DNA of 35,168 bases from Octopus sinensis (Eukaryota). The stretch covers positions 1 to 35,168 of the forward strand of contig NW_021829901.1 of NCBI RefSeq assembly GCF_006345805.1, given 5' to 3'. A program made the translations under genes and the position numbers. Positions 22,356 to 32,626 of this stretch are shown here, piece after piece. The first letter of the stretch is position 1. Each line of letters begins with the position of its first letter. The notes beneath the pieces are model-generated. The model saw nothing but the letters and a program-made list of their open reading frames with translations, did no database searches and was not told where the DNA came from.

Positions 22356-22495
22356 CTTAATAATTAAGGTTCAGCAAAGATTCGCTTTACCACATACCGA
22401 AGTTTAGAAATAGCATCCAAAAAACCTTAGCAATTTCTTCTTTCTAAACTTCGGTATGTGGTAAAGCAAATCTTTTCTGAACCCTAATTATTAAG
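22356..22495. mobile_element. 140-bp MITE with 55-bp TIRs and TA target-site duplication (Tc1/mariner-type signature)
   Basis: 22356-22410 versus the reverse complement of 22441-22495: 3 mismatches; TA on both sides (22354-55, 22496-97). Confidence 0.8.
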
Positions 22496-22589
22496 TATTA
22501 CTTAAGTTTACCGTGAAATGGTCCTTTTTTCATACCAAATTCTACTTGGTGAAATTATTGATTACTTCTTAATTAATTTTACCCTTTGT

Positions 22590-22630
<41 letters not shown>

Positions 22631-23039
22631 AGAGAGAGAGAGAGAGGAGACATATATTTATATAAATACACACACTTACACACACTCTAACACACTCATA
22701 TATGTATTTGTGCATGTGTGTAAGTATACGTGTGTTTGTGTTGGTGTCTCACCGCCGCTTTTAACTGGTGATGGTTTGTTTACATCCCCGTAACATAATG
22801 TCAAAAGGGACTGATAGAATAAGTATCATGTTTTAAAAAAGTAAGCACTGTGGGAGTTTCGTTTGAGTAAAACCCGTCAAGGTCGTGCCCCAGCATTCTG
22901 TGGTCCCATTTCATTAAAATGAAAGATAAAACAAGCACACTTACACACACACGCACACACTCTAACAAACACACCCACACACGTCCACACATGCACACAT
23001 ATGTATGTATTTATGTATGTATGTATGTATGTATGTATG

Positions 23040-23085
<46 letters not shown>

Positions 23086-23174
23086 TATTCGTTGACACAC
23101 GCACGTGTGCACGCGCGCGAGTACACATACTTCAATCTTGAATATCCGTCGGTTTGGTCTAAGATTCCTAGTTG

Positions 23175-23630
23175 TTCAATGAAACGAACCACCAAATCAT
23201 TCTATTTGCGTATAATGGTTGAGTATTCCATAGACACGCGTGCCCATAACGTAATCCTCAGCCGTTATTGTATGACACTGTGGGCTGCTACAGTTTCTTT
23301 CTACACGACTACTCAGGGACATGCAATCAGTTTGGTCTTTATATTCCAGTTACAACCGAAAAGATACAGCCCTAGAATTCACTGAGGCATATATAGAGAT
23401 GATGGGTTGGGTATATCGCAGCATACCTCTGGATATACATTAGATATTCTTAATATGATCTGTAGTTTCGGTCTAATGATAATTATCTTCGTGAATCTAA
23501 ATATTGTGAATTTATTGCACATTATCCTGAACTTAACGACAGGAAAGCATAGACCCCCGTCGGAAACTTAATGAAAAATCCATATATTTATGTAAAGGTT
23601 CCTGTTATTCTTCTATAATTTTCGATGTTC
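23175..23630 (+). mobile_element. Penelope-like element RT relic
   Basis: LYD-TVGCY, QFGLYI, GIYRDDGLGI (23386-23415), FGLMIIIFVNLNIVNLLHIILNLTTGKH, RKLNEKSIYLCK: the GLYRDDG-type PLE RT catalytic region. Confidence 0.75.
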
Positions 23631-23738
23631 TGATTAATTACCTTTTACTTGTTACGGTCATTGGACTGCTTCCACGCTGGGACATCGCTTTGGAGTGTAT
23701 TAGCCGAACAAATTGACTCTAGGGCTTTAGCATCACCT

Positions 23739-23924
23739 TTCGTCACCAGTGATGACCTTCGAAAAATGGTCCGCATCAACTTCCAACTGTTCTTTCAGTT
23801 CACGATAAACGTTCAGTCATGACTGCTTCCTATCTTCCGCGAGCAAGAGAGGCACAAATTTTGCTGCAACTCTTTTCACTCGCAATTCCTCGCTCAAAAT
23901 TCGTTGGCAGGAGCTCCAGGACAC
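23739..23924 (-). mobile_element. Mariner transposase fragment
   Basis: VSWSSCQRILSEELRVKRVAAKFVPLLLAEDRKQS*LNVYRELKEQLEVDADHFSKVITGDE: the WVP(FVP) linker and the first catalytic D motif (TGDE). Confidence 0.9.
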
Positions 23925-23929
23925 ACAGG

Positions 23930-24160
23930 TGACGGGGACATAAACATACCAGTATCGGTGTGTTTATGTCCCCGTCACTTAGCGATGCTGGTGTGTTTAT
24001 GTCCCCGTCACTTAGCGGTTCGGCAAAAGGGACCGATAGAATAAGTAATGGGCTTACAATGAATAAGTCCCGGGGTTGAGTTGCTCGATTAAACGCGGTG
24101 CTCCAGCATGGCCGCAGTCAAATGACTGAAACAAGTAAAAGAGTAAAAGAGTAAAAGAGT
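23930..24160 (+). mobile_element. SINE family B 3' half
   Basis: GTCCCCGTCACTTAGCGGTTCGGCAAAAG..GCGGTGCTCCAGCATGGCCGCAGTCAAATGACTGAAAC-(GTAAAAGA)n. Confidence 0.8.
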
Positions 24161-24172
24161 ATATTTAAGCAC

Positions 24173-24290
24173 AAGAATTTTGTTGACATTGATTCCGAAG
24201 TTTCGACCAGTTAAGCCATTAAGCCATCGTAGGCACTCCGACGACGGCTTAGCTGGCCGAAACTTCGAAGTCTCTGTGAACAACAATCTT
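24173..24290. other. Imperfect foldback whose right arm contains a degenerate hammerhead-like core
   Basis: 24196-24217 pairs with 24246-24267. CCGACGA (24238-24244), GGC..GCC, GAAAC-TTCGAA-GTC. Confidence 0.5.
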
Positions 24291-24961
24291 ATAGAAGAAT
24301 AATGATTTTTTTTTACTTTTCCAAACTACCCATCAGATTAATGGAAAACTGTTTTTATTATAACCGAACGTAAAGCAAATATTAATGTATATATTTATAT
24401 ATACTATAGATGTAAATTGGTTACAGACAGTAAAATAAAGTAGGCTAATTTATTTTGAAGGCACATCTCGGAAATTGTATGACCGTTAATGATATATTTA
24501 CGGTCGGTAGCTATTTAAATACCATCAAGGTGGGTAGATGCAGAATAAATGATGATATGAATTGAAAGAGGAGTAACAGTTATTAGTTATTTAAAATACG
24601 ACAGATCCTTGTGAAATCTGGATATTGATGACGTATTAATGTGATTACTTAATTATTGCTAATTAAATGGCGTAACAAAACTAATTAGATACTAATCTTG
24701 GCATATTAACATAAGATACATCTGAGATTTAAGTGTTGGATGTTTCAACGTAATGATACATAATTCGAAGTTTGTATGTTTAGATAATATGAACGTGTAG
24801 GCGCAGGAGTGGCTGTGTGGTAAGTAGCTTGCTTAACAAATACATGGTTCCGGGTTCAGTCCCGCTGCGTGGCACCTTGGGCGAGTGTCTTCTACTATAG
24901 CCTCGGGCCGACCAAAGCCCTGTGAGTGGATTTGGTAGACGGAAACTGAAAGAAGCCCGTC

Positions 24962-24998
<37 letters not shown>

Positions 24999-25006
24999 GT
25001 GACCTC

Positions 25007-25202
25007 GTGTGTACCGTTGGCGATTTTTTTTCCTATGTCTTCCCTTCTCTGGATCTTTCCATCTCCTATGTTTCCGACGAAGAGCTCCGCTCGAAACGTT
25101 AAACACTCCTTCTTTCCTTCTTTCCTGAGCGTCCAATAATATTATATTTGTCCACGGTCCTCGCGTTGTTGTGTTTTTTTGTGCTCTTGGTTTGGATTAA
25201 CT
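25007..25202 (+). mobile_element. ~195-bp (TA)n-inserted element carrying a minimal hammerhead motif (PLE terminal-repeat or retrozyme-like)
   Basis: Sits between two (TA)n runs inside a SINE-B whose other copies lack it; contains the motif at 25069-25105. Confidence 0.65.
25069..25105 (+). ncRNA. Minimal type-I hammerhead ribozyme-like motif (U4C core variant)
   Basis: Stem I TGTTT/AAACA, core CCGACGA, extra A, stem II GAGC-TCC-GCTC, GAAA, palindromic ACGT in place of stem III, predicted cleavage after GUU (25100). Confidence 0.6.
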
Positions 25203-25216
25203 TTATATATATATAT

Positions 25217-25285
<69 letters not shown>

Positions 25286-25789
25286 TATTTATGTGTGTGT
25301 GTGTGTGTGTGTTTGTCCCCCCAGCATCGCTTGACAACCGATGCTGGTGTGTTTTACGGTCCCCGTAATTAGCGGTTCGGCAAAAGACAGCCGATAGATT
25401 AAGTCCTGGAGTCGATTTGCTCGAAAAAAAAGGCGGTGCCCCAGCATGGCCGCAGTCAAATGACTGAAACAAGTAAAAGAGTAAAAGAGGGAGTAAAGAG
25501 TATGGTTGTGAACGCATTGCTGCGCGAGGTAGGTAATGTATAACCATTTAATAAGACTTGGATACTAAGTAAAGAATAACGAGGGTGTAGAGTTTTGCAG
25601 TGTTAATTAAATAGTAGTCAGTTGTTTAGAAAATGTATACAGTTTCATGCAATAGAATTGTGGTCTATGAAAAATGGATTAAACTGGAAAATTAGTTGCT
25701 GGGAGAATAATTAAGATGGTATGACGTGACGTTGTGTAATTAAAGATAATGAAGGTTGAAGAATGTATACACATACTTATACACGCATA

Positions 25790-26640
25790 CACATGTATGT
25801 ATGTGTGTGTGTATGTATGTATGTATGTATGTATGTATATATGTATGTGTGTGTGTATATAGTATGTGTGTGTGTATGCTATGTAATGTATGTGTGTAGT
25901 ATGTATGTATGTAGTGTGTGTGTGTGATGTGTGTATGTATGTATGTTTGTGTGTGTGTTGATGTATTATGTATGTTTTAGTGTGTGGGGAGTGTGTGTAT
26001 GTATGTATGTATGCATGTATGTATGTAGGTATGTTGTTGTAATGTTTGTATGGTTGTATGTATGTATGTATGTGTGTTTATGTATGTGGTTGTGTATGTA
26101 TGTATGTCTGTATGTATATCTGTATGTGTGTATGTATGTCTGTATGTATGTCTGTGTGTGTGAGTGTGTGTACGTATGTATTTGTGTGGTGTATGTATGT
26201 ATGTAGTATGTATGTTGTATGTATTTGTATATATGTATGTGTGTGTGTATGTACGTATGTATGTATGTGTATGTGCTGGTGTGTGTCATGTAATGTATGT
26301 ATATATGTATGTGTGTGTATGTATGTATGTATGTATGTGTGGTGTATGTATGTATGTATGTATTGTGTATGTATGTATGTATGTATGTATGTGTGTGTGT
26401 ATGTATGTGTTGTATGTATATATGTATGTGTGTGTGTATGTATGTATGTATGTATGTGTGTATTATGTATGTATGTATGTATGTTGTATGTATGTGTGTG
26501 TGAGTGTGTGTATGTATGTATGTTTGTATGTGTGTATGTATGTATGTATGTATGTATGTATGTATGTATGTATGTATGTATGTTGTGTGTGTGAGTGTGT
26601 GTATGTATGTATGTATGTATGTATGTTTGTATGTTTGTAT
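25790..26640. repeat. Degenerate (TATG)n/(TG)n block
   Basis: Direct reading; it explains the CMYV/HTYI ORFs. Confidence 0.95.
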
Positions 26641-26761
26641 GTATGTATATTTGTATGAATATAATATATTGCAGCTGAAACATATGTAGGCGCAGAAATG
26701 AAAGACGTGGTTGACTGCAGAATAAAACTGGATATATAAATCTATGTTCTCTTTATTAGTA

Positions 26762-26798
<37 letters not shown>

Positions 26799-26912
26799 AC
26801 ACACTCACACACACACACCACACACACACACACACTCACACACTCACACACACACATACATGTATGCATATGCTATTTATGTATGTATGTATGTATGTAT
26901 GTATGTATGTAT

Positions 26913-27237
26913 GTGAAGGTGCGTGGCTTAGTGGTTAGGGCATTCGGCTCACGTCTGGAAGGCCGTGAGTTCGATTCCCGGCGACGCGTTGTGTCCTTGA
27001 GCAAGACACTTTATTTTCACGTTGCTCCAGTTCACTCAGCTGGCAAAAATGAGTTGTACCTGTATTTCAGAAGGGCCGGCCTTGTCACACCCTGTGTCAC
27101 GCTGAATCTCCCCGAGAACTACATTAAGGGTATGCATGTCTGTGGATTGCTCAGTCACTTACACGTTAATCTCACGAGCAGGCTTTTCCGTTGATTGTAT
27201 CAGCTGGGCCCCCCGTCGTCGTAACCGACGGAGTGCT
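26913..27237 (+). mobile_element. SINE family D (CORE-like central domain), tail variant 3
   Basis: GTGAAGGTGCGTGGCTTAGTGG A box, GTTCGATTCC B box, GTGTCCTTGAGCAAGACACTT..CACTCAGCTGGCAAAAATGAGT (CORE-like); the tail GTCGTCGTAACCGACGGAGTGCT is shared with 28151. Confidence 0.85.
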
Positions 27238-27295
27238 GCTTTTTTTTTATGTATGTATGTAGAAACCAACATAGCTTCTCTTAGATTGCAAAATG

Positions 27296-27338
27296 TTAAA
27301 AAAACGTTTCGACCTTTATTGGAGTCTCATCAGTAGTG
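27296..27338 (-). ncRNA. Minimal hammerhead-like core with canonical CUGAUGA but a poor stem I
   Basis: Minus strand reads CACTA-CTGATGA-GACT CCAATAAA GGTC-GAAA-CGT-T-TTTTT. Confidence 0.45.
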
Positions 27339-27484
27339 TATATATATATCACTTGACCAATCCCAGAGAAACAAGCAGGCAATCCCTTTATATCTACAAC
27401 AAATCCGGTGGGTTCAGTGAGCTGGAATGATTAATTTGCATACCATATGTGTTGGACTCTTTGTTTGATATCAGCGGCCTGTTT

Positions 27485-27705
27485 AAGGCGGCGAACTGGC
27501 AGAATCGTTACTGCATCGGACAGACAAAATGCTTACCGGAATTCCTTCTGACTTCACGTTCTGAGTTGAAATGTTGCCGGAGTCGACTTTGTCTTTCAGT
27601 CTTTCGGGGGAACGATAAAATCAGTACCACTTGAGCACTGGGGTCGTTGTAATTGACTTACCCACTTCCCCAGAATTGCTGGCATCGTGCCAAAATTAGA
27701 AACCA
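27485..27705 (+). mobile_element. SINE family A
   Basis: AAGGCGGCGAACTGGCAGAATCG head; GTCGACTTTGTCTTTCAGTCTTTCGGGG core. Confidence 0.8.
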
Positions 27706-28150
27706 CCGTCTGTGGGCTGTCACTGGGGACTCCAGTTCACGCAGTGTCATGTCATGTGATAGTATGCCAGAGTTTTGTAGATGCGTTCTGTTAAAAGGTC
27801 TTTAAATAGCGACGTTATGTAATAAATAGAAAAACGCTTGCAAAAAAAAGAGTACAGTGTGATGTACAAAGAATTTAGAACCGCGTCAAATGAAATAATC
27901 TGATATAATGTGATTCGAGATGGAATGGCGGATTAGTCGAACACATAAGGTGTTGGTGGTGATGGTGGTGGGGTTATGGTTGACGTTTGAGTTAGAGTAA
28001 AAAAAAAAAAATCTTCGATCAAATTTAGAAATTAAGATAGGAAATCTTGGATAAATAAATAATGGAAGCTACGAAAACAATTTTAATGATGGTGGATGAG
28101 TGTTTATAGTTTGAGATGAACGGTTGAGTTCACAGACAGGTAAATCTCTC

Positions 28151-28535
28151 AGCACTCCGTCGGTTACGACGACGAGGGATCCGGTTGATCCGAATCAACG
28201 GAACAGCCTGCTCGTGAAATTACCGTGTAAGTGGCTGAGCACTCCACAGACACGTGTACCCTTTTAACGTAGTTCTCGGGGATATTCAGTGTGACACAGA
28301 GAGTGACAAGGCTGGCCCTTTGAAATACAGGTACAACAGAAGCAGGAAGTAAGAGTGAGAGAAAGTTGTGGTGAAAGAATACAGCAGGGATCACCACCAT
28401 CCCCTGCCGGGGCTTCGTGGAGCTTTTTTTAGGTGTTTTTGCTCAATAAACAGTCACAACGCCCGGTCTGGGAATCGAAACCGCGATCCTGCGACTGCGA
28501 GTCCGCTGCCCTAACCACTGGGCCATTGCGCCTCC
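28151..28535 (-). mobile_element. SINE family C, tail variant 3
   Basis: Minus-strand GGAGGCGCAATGGCCCAGTGG head; tail homologous to 27055-27237. Confidence 0.85.
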
Positions 28536-28667
28536 ACAGACAGGTAAATAATCAAGGTAGGAAAACGAATGAAATCGTTAATAACTCAAATCTCAGAAGA
28601 TTGGTAATAGCAGGCTGAAGAATATAAGGGAATAAAAAAAAAAGTACTGGGAAGAAAGTAAATATAT

Positions 28668-28835
28668 ATAACCCTTTCTACTATAAACACAATGCCACAA
28701 ATCTTGTGGAAAGAGGCTAGTCGATTATATCGACCCCCGGAGAGATGAAAGACGATGTCGATCTCGACGGAATTTGAATTTAGAACATTAAGAGGTCGAA
28801 GTGCTGCTAAGCATTTTTTCAGCTTGCTAACGTTT
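28668..28835 (-). mobile_element. SINE family A, diverged and internally deleted
   Basis: GTCGATCTCGACGGAATTTGAATTTAGAAC; GCTAAGCAT..GCTAACG head remnants. Confidence 0.65.
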
Positions 28836-28837
28836 CT

Positions 28838-29793
28838 TATTTCTTTACTGCTCATAAGGGGCTACACACAGAGGAGACAAACAAGGACAGACAAAGAGAT
28901 TAAGTCGATTACATCGAACCCAGAGAAACACTGTACTTAATTTATCGACCCCGAAAGGATGAAAGGCAAAGTCGACCTCGGCGGAATTTGAACTCAGAAC
29001 GTAACGACAGACGAAATACCTATTTCTTTACTACCCACAAGGGGCTAAACACAGAGTTGACAAACAAGGACAAACATACAGATTAGGTCGATTATATCGA
29101 CCCCAGTGCGTAACTGGTACTTATTTAATCAACCCCGAAAGGATGAAAAGGAAAGTCGATCTCGGCGGAATTTGAACTCAGAACGTAGCGGCAGAAAGAA
29201 ATACCTATTTCTTTATTACCCACAAGGGGCTAAACATAGAGGGGACAAGCAAGGACAAACATAGGTATTAAGTCGATTACATCGACCCCAGTGCGTAACT
29301 GGTACTTAATTTATCGACCCCGAAAGGATGAAAGGCAAAGTCGACCTCGGCGGAATTTGAACTCAGAACGTAACGACAGACGAAATACCTATTTCTTTAC
29401 TTACTACCCACAAGGGGCTAACACAGAGTTGACAAACAAGGACAAACATACAGATTAGGTCGATTATATCGACCCCAGTGCGTAACTGGTACTTATTTAA
29501 TCAACCCCGAAAGGATGAAAAGGAAAGTCGATCTCGGCGGAATTTGAACTCAGAACGTAGCGGCAGAAAGAAATACCTATTTCTTTATTACCCACAAGGG
29601 GCTAAACAAAGGGGACAAGCAAGGACAAACATAGGTATTAAGTCGATTACATCGACCCCAGTGCGTAACTGGTACTTAATTTATCGAACCCGAAAGGATG
29701 AAAGGCAAAGTCGACCTCGGCGGAATTTGAACGTAGCGGTAGACGAAATACCGCTAAGCATTTCGCCCGGCCTGCTAACGTTTCTGCCAGCTC
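28838..29793 (-). mobile_element. SINE family A head plus five tandem ~185-bp body units with an A-B-A-B higher-order structure
   Basis: Unit starts at 28838, 29021, 29206, 29390 and 29578; diagnostic variants alternate between units. Confidence 0.9.
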
Positions 29794-29796
29794 TGG

Positions 29797-30445
29797 TCGA
29801 GTAACCCATCCGACTCAAAAGGTTCCTGAATAAGGGTTGGTTAAGGATGTTGAACGAAACACCCATGTTTCCAGAGGTGAATTATTCAAACCCCAAAGAG
29901 TCCCTCTCAACACATGGCTATGATGCTCTCCCACTACTTCTGCTCGTGATCAGAGATGCACATATCGTCAGCCACAAAGTCAACGAGAACTACAAAATCC
30001 TGTGAGATGCAATAATCCAGTGTGGTCACCTGACCAGACATCGGAAACCGGACATTGTTGTGGTGAATAAAAAAGAAGGAATATGCATGATAATCAAGAT
30101 AATATACCTAACATAACTATCCGTCTGATAAGGGTATACCAGGTACATGTTTCACAACCACAAGTGCTCGACATGGTGAACTTATATCAAGAAAAACAGC
30201 ACGTGACCTTGCAGGCAGGGCCCAGTTAGAATCTTCTTCAGGTTGAGTGGCCTATCCTGCTCAAAATTGTCAGTCACTAACGGACATGCTCAACTGGTTA
30301 AGGTCAAGTAACTCTGTGGTACTGAGCAGAATATTTGCTTAGCCCACCTTTTTATTCCAAGACACAACAATGTACACGAGAACACTTCCAATCAGTTAAG
30401 ATGAGAAGCCACGAGAGCCAGTGCCTGGTACTGCATCAGGGCATT
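29797..30445 (+). mobile_element. Family F pieces (29797-29975 and 30120-30445) separated by an RLE fragment
   Basis: Homology to the reverse complement of 4810-5160. Confidence 0.7.
29979..30106 (+). mobile_element. Short R4/Dong-like RLE fragment
   Basis: VNENYKIL*DAIIQCGHLTRHRKPDIVVVNKKEGICMII (KILWD..HRKPDIV motif). Confidence 0.75.
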
Positions 30446-30539
30446 CATTATTTTGGTTTGGCCTAGGTTCATTTTAATTCCTGGTAGGATTTTTGTGAGT
30501 AGCTGGTTACTACCTATAACCATAGGTATCCACAAGTTT

Positions 30540-31121
30540 TCAGCTGTCTTTCAAGTACTTAGAACCCGCTATCTCTAAGAGACTAACTTTATGTAGGAGC
30601 TCTACAGGACATTCTATTCCAACCTCCTTCAGCTGTTTGTCCATATTTTTGCTTACTGTTCCCAAGGCACCAATTATTATAGGCGAGACCTTTACTGTTT
30701 TCATGCTCCAAATTCTATCCTATTTCAAAATTTAAGGGACAGTATTTATTTTTTTGCCGTTTATCCTCTTCCTTTACGATCCTGGCATCAATCGGGCATG
30801 ATGGGTCGATAGAGAAGCAACTTTGCTTTTCCTTATCTATAATTGTTATGTCCAGCCTAATATTTTCTAACTTCTTGTCTGAATAGAAAAGTCCCACAAA
30901 ATCTTACATTTCTCTAACTCCAGTATTCTTTCGACTCGATGCTTGTAACACGTGTTTCCAGCATCAAATTCCCATTTCTGGCACAATTTCCAGTGCAAAA
31001 CTTTTTACAAGCTGGTCTGTCTCCATTTCCTATATTCTTCCTGTGCCAACTTGGGGCATTCTTCCACAATGTGTGCCACAGTCTCGTTCCAAGTTCCACA
31101 ACCCCTACATTTTTCTGACAT
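30540..31121 (-). mobile_element. Degenerate R4/Dong-like retrotransposon 3' part (CCHC plus RLE)
   Basis: MSEKCRGCGTWNETVAHIVEECPKLAQEEYRKWR; HWKLCQK..KCKILWDFSIQT; NIRLDITIID..CFSIDPSCP; KVSPIIIGALGTVSK..LLHKVSLL; frameshifted. Confidence 0.9.
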
Positions 31122-31619
31122 ATTCTCTCCATATATATATCTATATACGTTTATATATTTGTTTTGCAAGATTCTTGATGTGAAATCTTGTGTTGAAACA
31201 GATGTTGTATTTAGGGATGGTCATTTTTGCCAGTTTAGCCAATAAAAACACACGCACTATATATTTGGTGTTAATTTGACCATTCCTAAATACAACAACA
31301 TATATATATATATATTAAAAAATTATATGGTTAATGGACAATATGTCCAATTTTTCGGCATATTTGGCATTAGAACTTTTTTCCTTTGCCCTCATTTATG
31401 AATTGTATATATATATATATATATGTTACAAATTATTTTGTAATTATATACATAATTATAACAAGGGGTAAGCTTAATGCATCACCACGCGCTGCTAGAA
31501 ATAGACATTAAAGTCTTTTTTACTACTTTAAAATATATATATATATATATTTTTCTCAAGTTGTTTGTTTTTATCGCTTGATCTTAGGCTGCTACAATAA
31601 GGCTCTCTGTTTCTTTTCT

Positions 31620-31691
31620 TTATATTATATTATTAGTATATTATTATTATTATTATTATTATCATCATCATCATCATCATCTCAATCATCC

Positions 31692-31760
<69 letters not shown>

Positions 31761-31780
31761 CATCATCATCATCATCATCC

Positions 31781-31852
<72 letters not shown>

Positions 31853-31855
31853 TAT
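31620..31855. repeat. Alternating (TAT)n/(CAT)n compound microsatellite
   Basis: TAT-CAT-TAT-CAT-TAT blocks; both CAT blocks carry a CCT interruption. Confidence 0.95.
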
Positions 31856-32626
31856 ATCGTGCGGTGAAGGGAATGATTCTGTAGTAAATTGGAAAAAGAG
31901 AAAGACATTGCCACAGGGGTAAACGTGGGATTATATCAGTTGATATTTCCTTTTCTATTTGTATAAAAAAAAACAGCTCTCTAGGCTGAATGAGATGATT
32001 TCTCTATAAAATGCAGTCAGCTAGACAAACCTTCATTATAATACTGAGATGACTCTGTGAAATATTGTTTGTTTATTAGCAAGCAAATAGAAAACAACTT
32101 TATTTTCCGCCCACAATCTTAATTAAGATTTGTTCGATTTTTATAATTAAAGAAACTTTTTCCTAGTTATTAGTCTAATATTTTGAAAATGTTGGCGAAG
32201 GAAGGAAAACGCAATGATAATTTATGGCCACTTTAGTTCATGAATATTTATAAGCGTTTTGCTTTGCTTCATGAATATTTAAATGCGGCCATGCTTTAAG
32301 ACAGGGATTTCGTTTGTCACTTGACTTCTGACAATTCTCACGACCCCCCGAACTATGAGTTGCATGTGAGTGTGTGTGTGTATGTATGTGTGTGTATGTG
32401 TGTGTGTGTGCATGTGTGTGTGCATATTCGTTTTTCTTTTTATTCTTTTACTTGTTTCAGTCATTTGACTGCGGCTATGTTTTTAAAAAAATTTTTTTAT
32501 TTTTATAATTTCGCAGGGCTTTGATAACCAAAATTGCGCAGGGCCCATCCTTGCGCAGGCCCATCCTTGCGCAGGGCCCATATATTGAATATAATATGTT
32601 GCATTTTGTTGTGTTGTTGTTGTTGT

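Larger units (their letters stand above)
24797..25498 (+). mobile_element. SINE family B, interrupted in its internal (TA)n by a ~195-bp insert
   Basis: AGGCGCAGGAGTGGCTGTGTGG head to GAAGCCCGTCG; 3' half resumes at ~25295; GGCGGTGCCCCAGCATGGCC tail. Confidence 0.85.
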
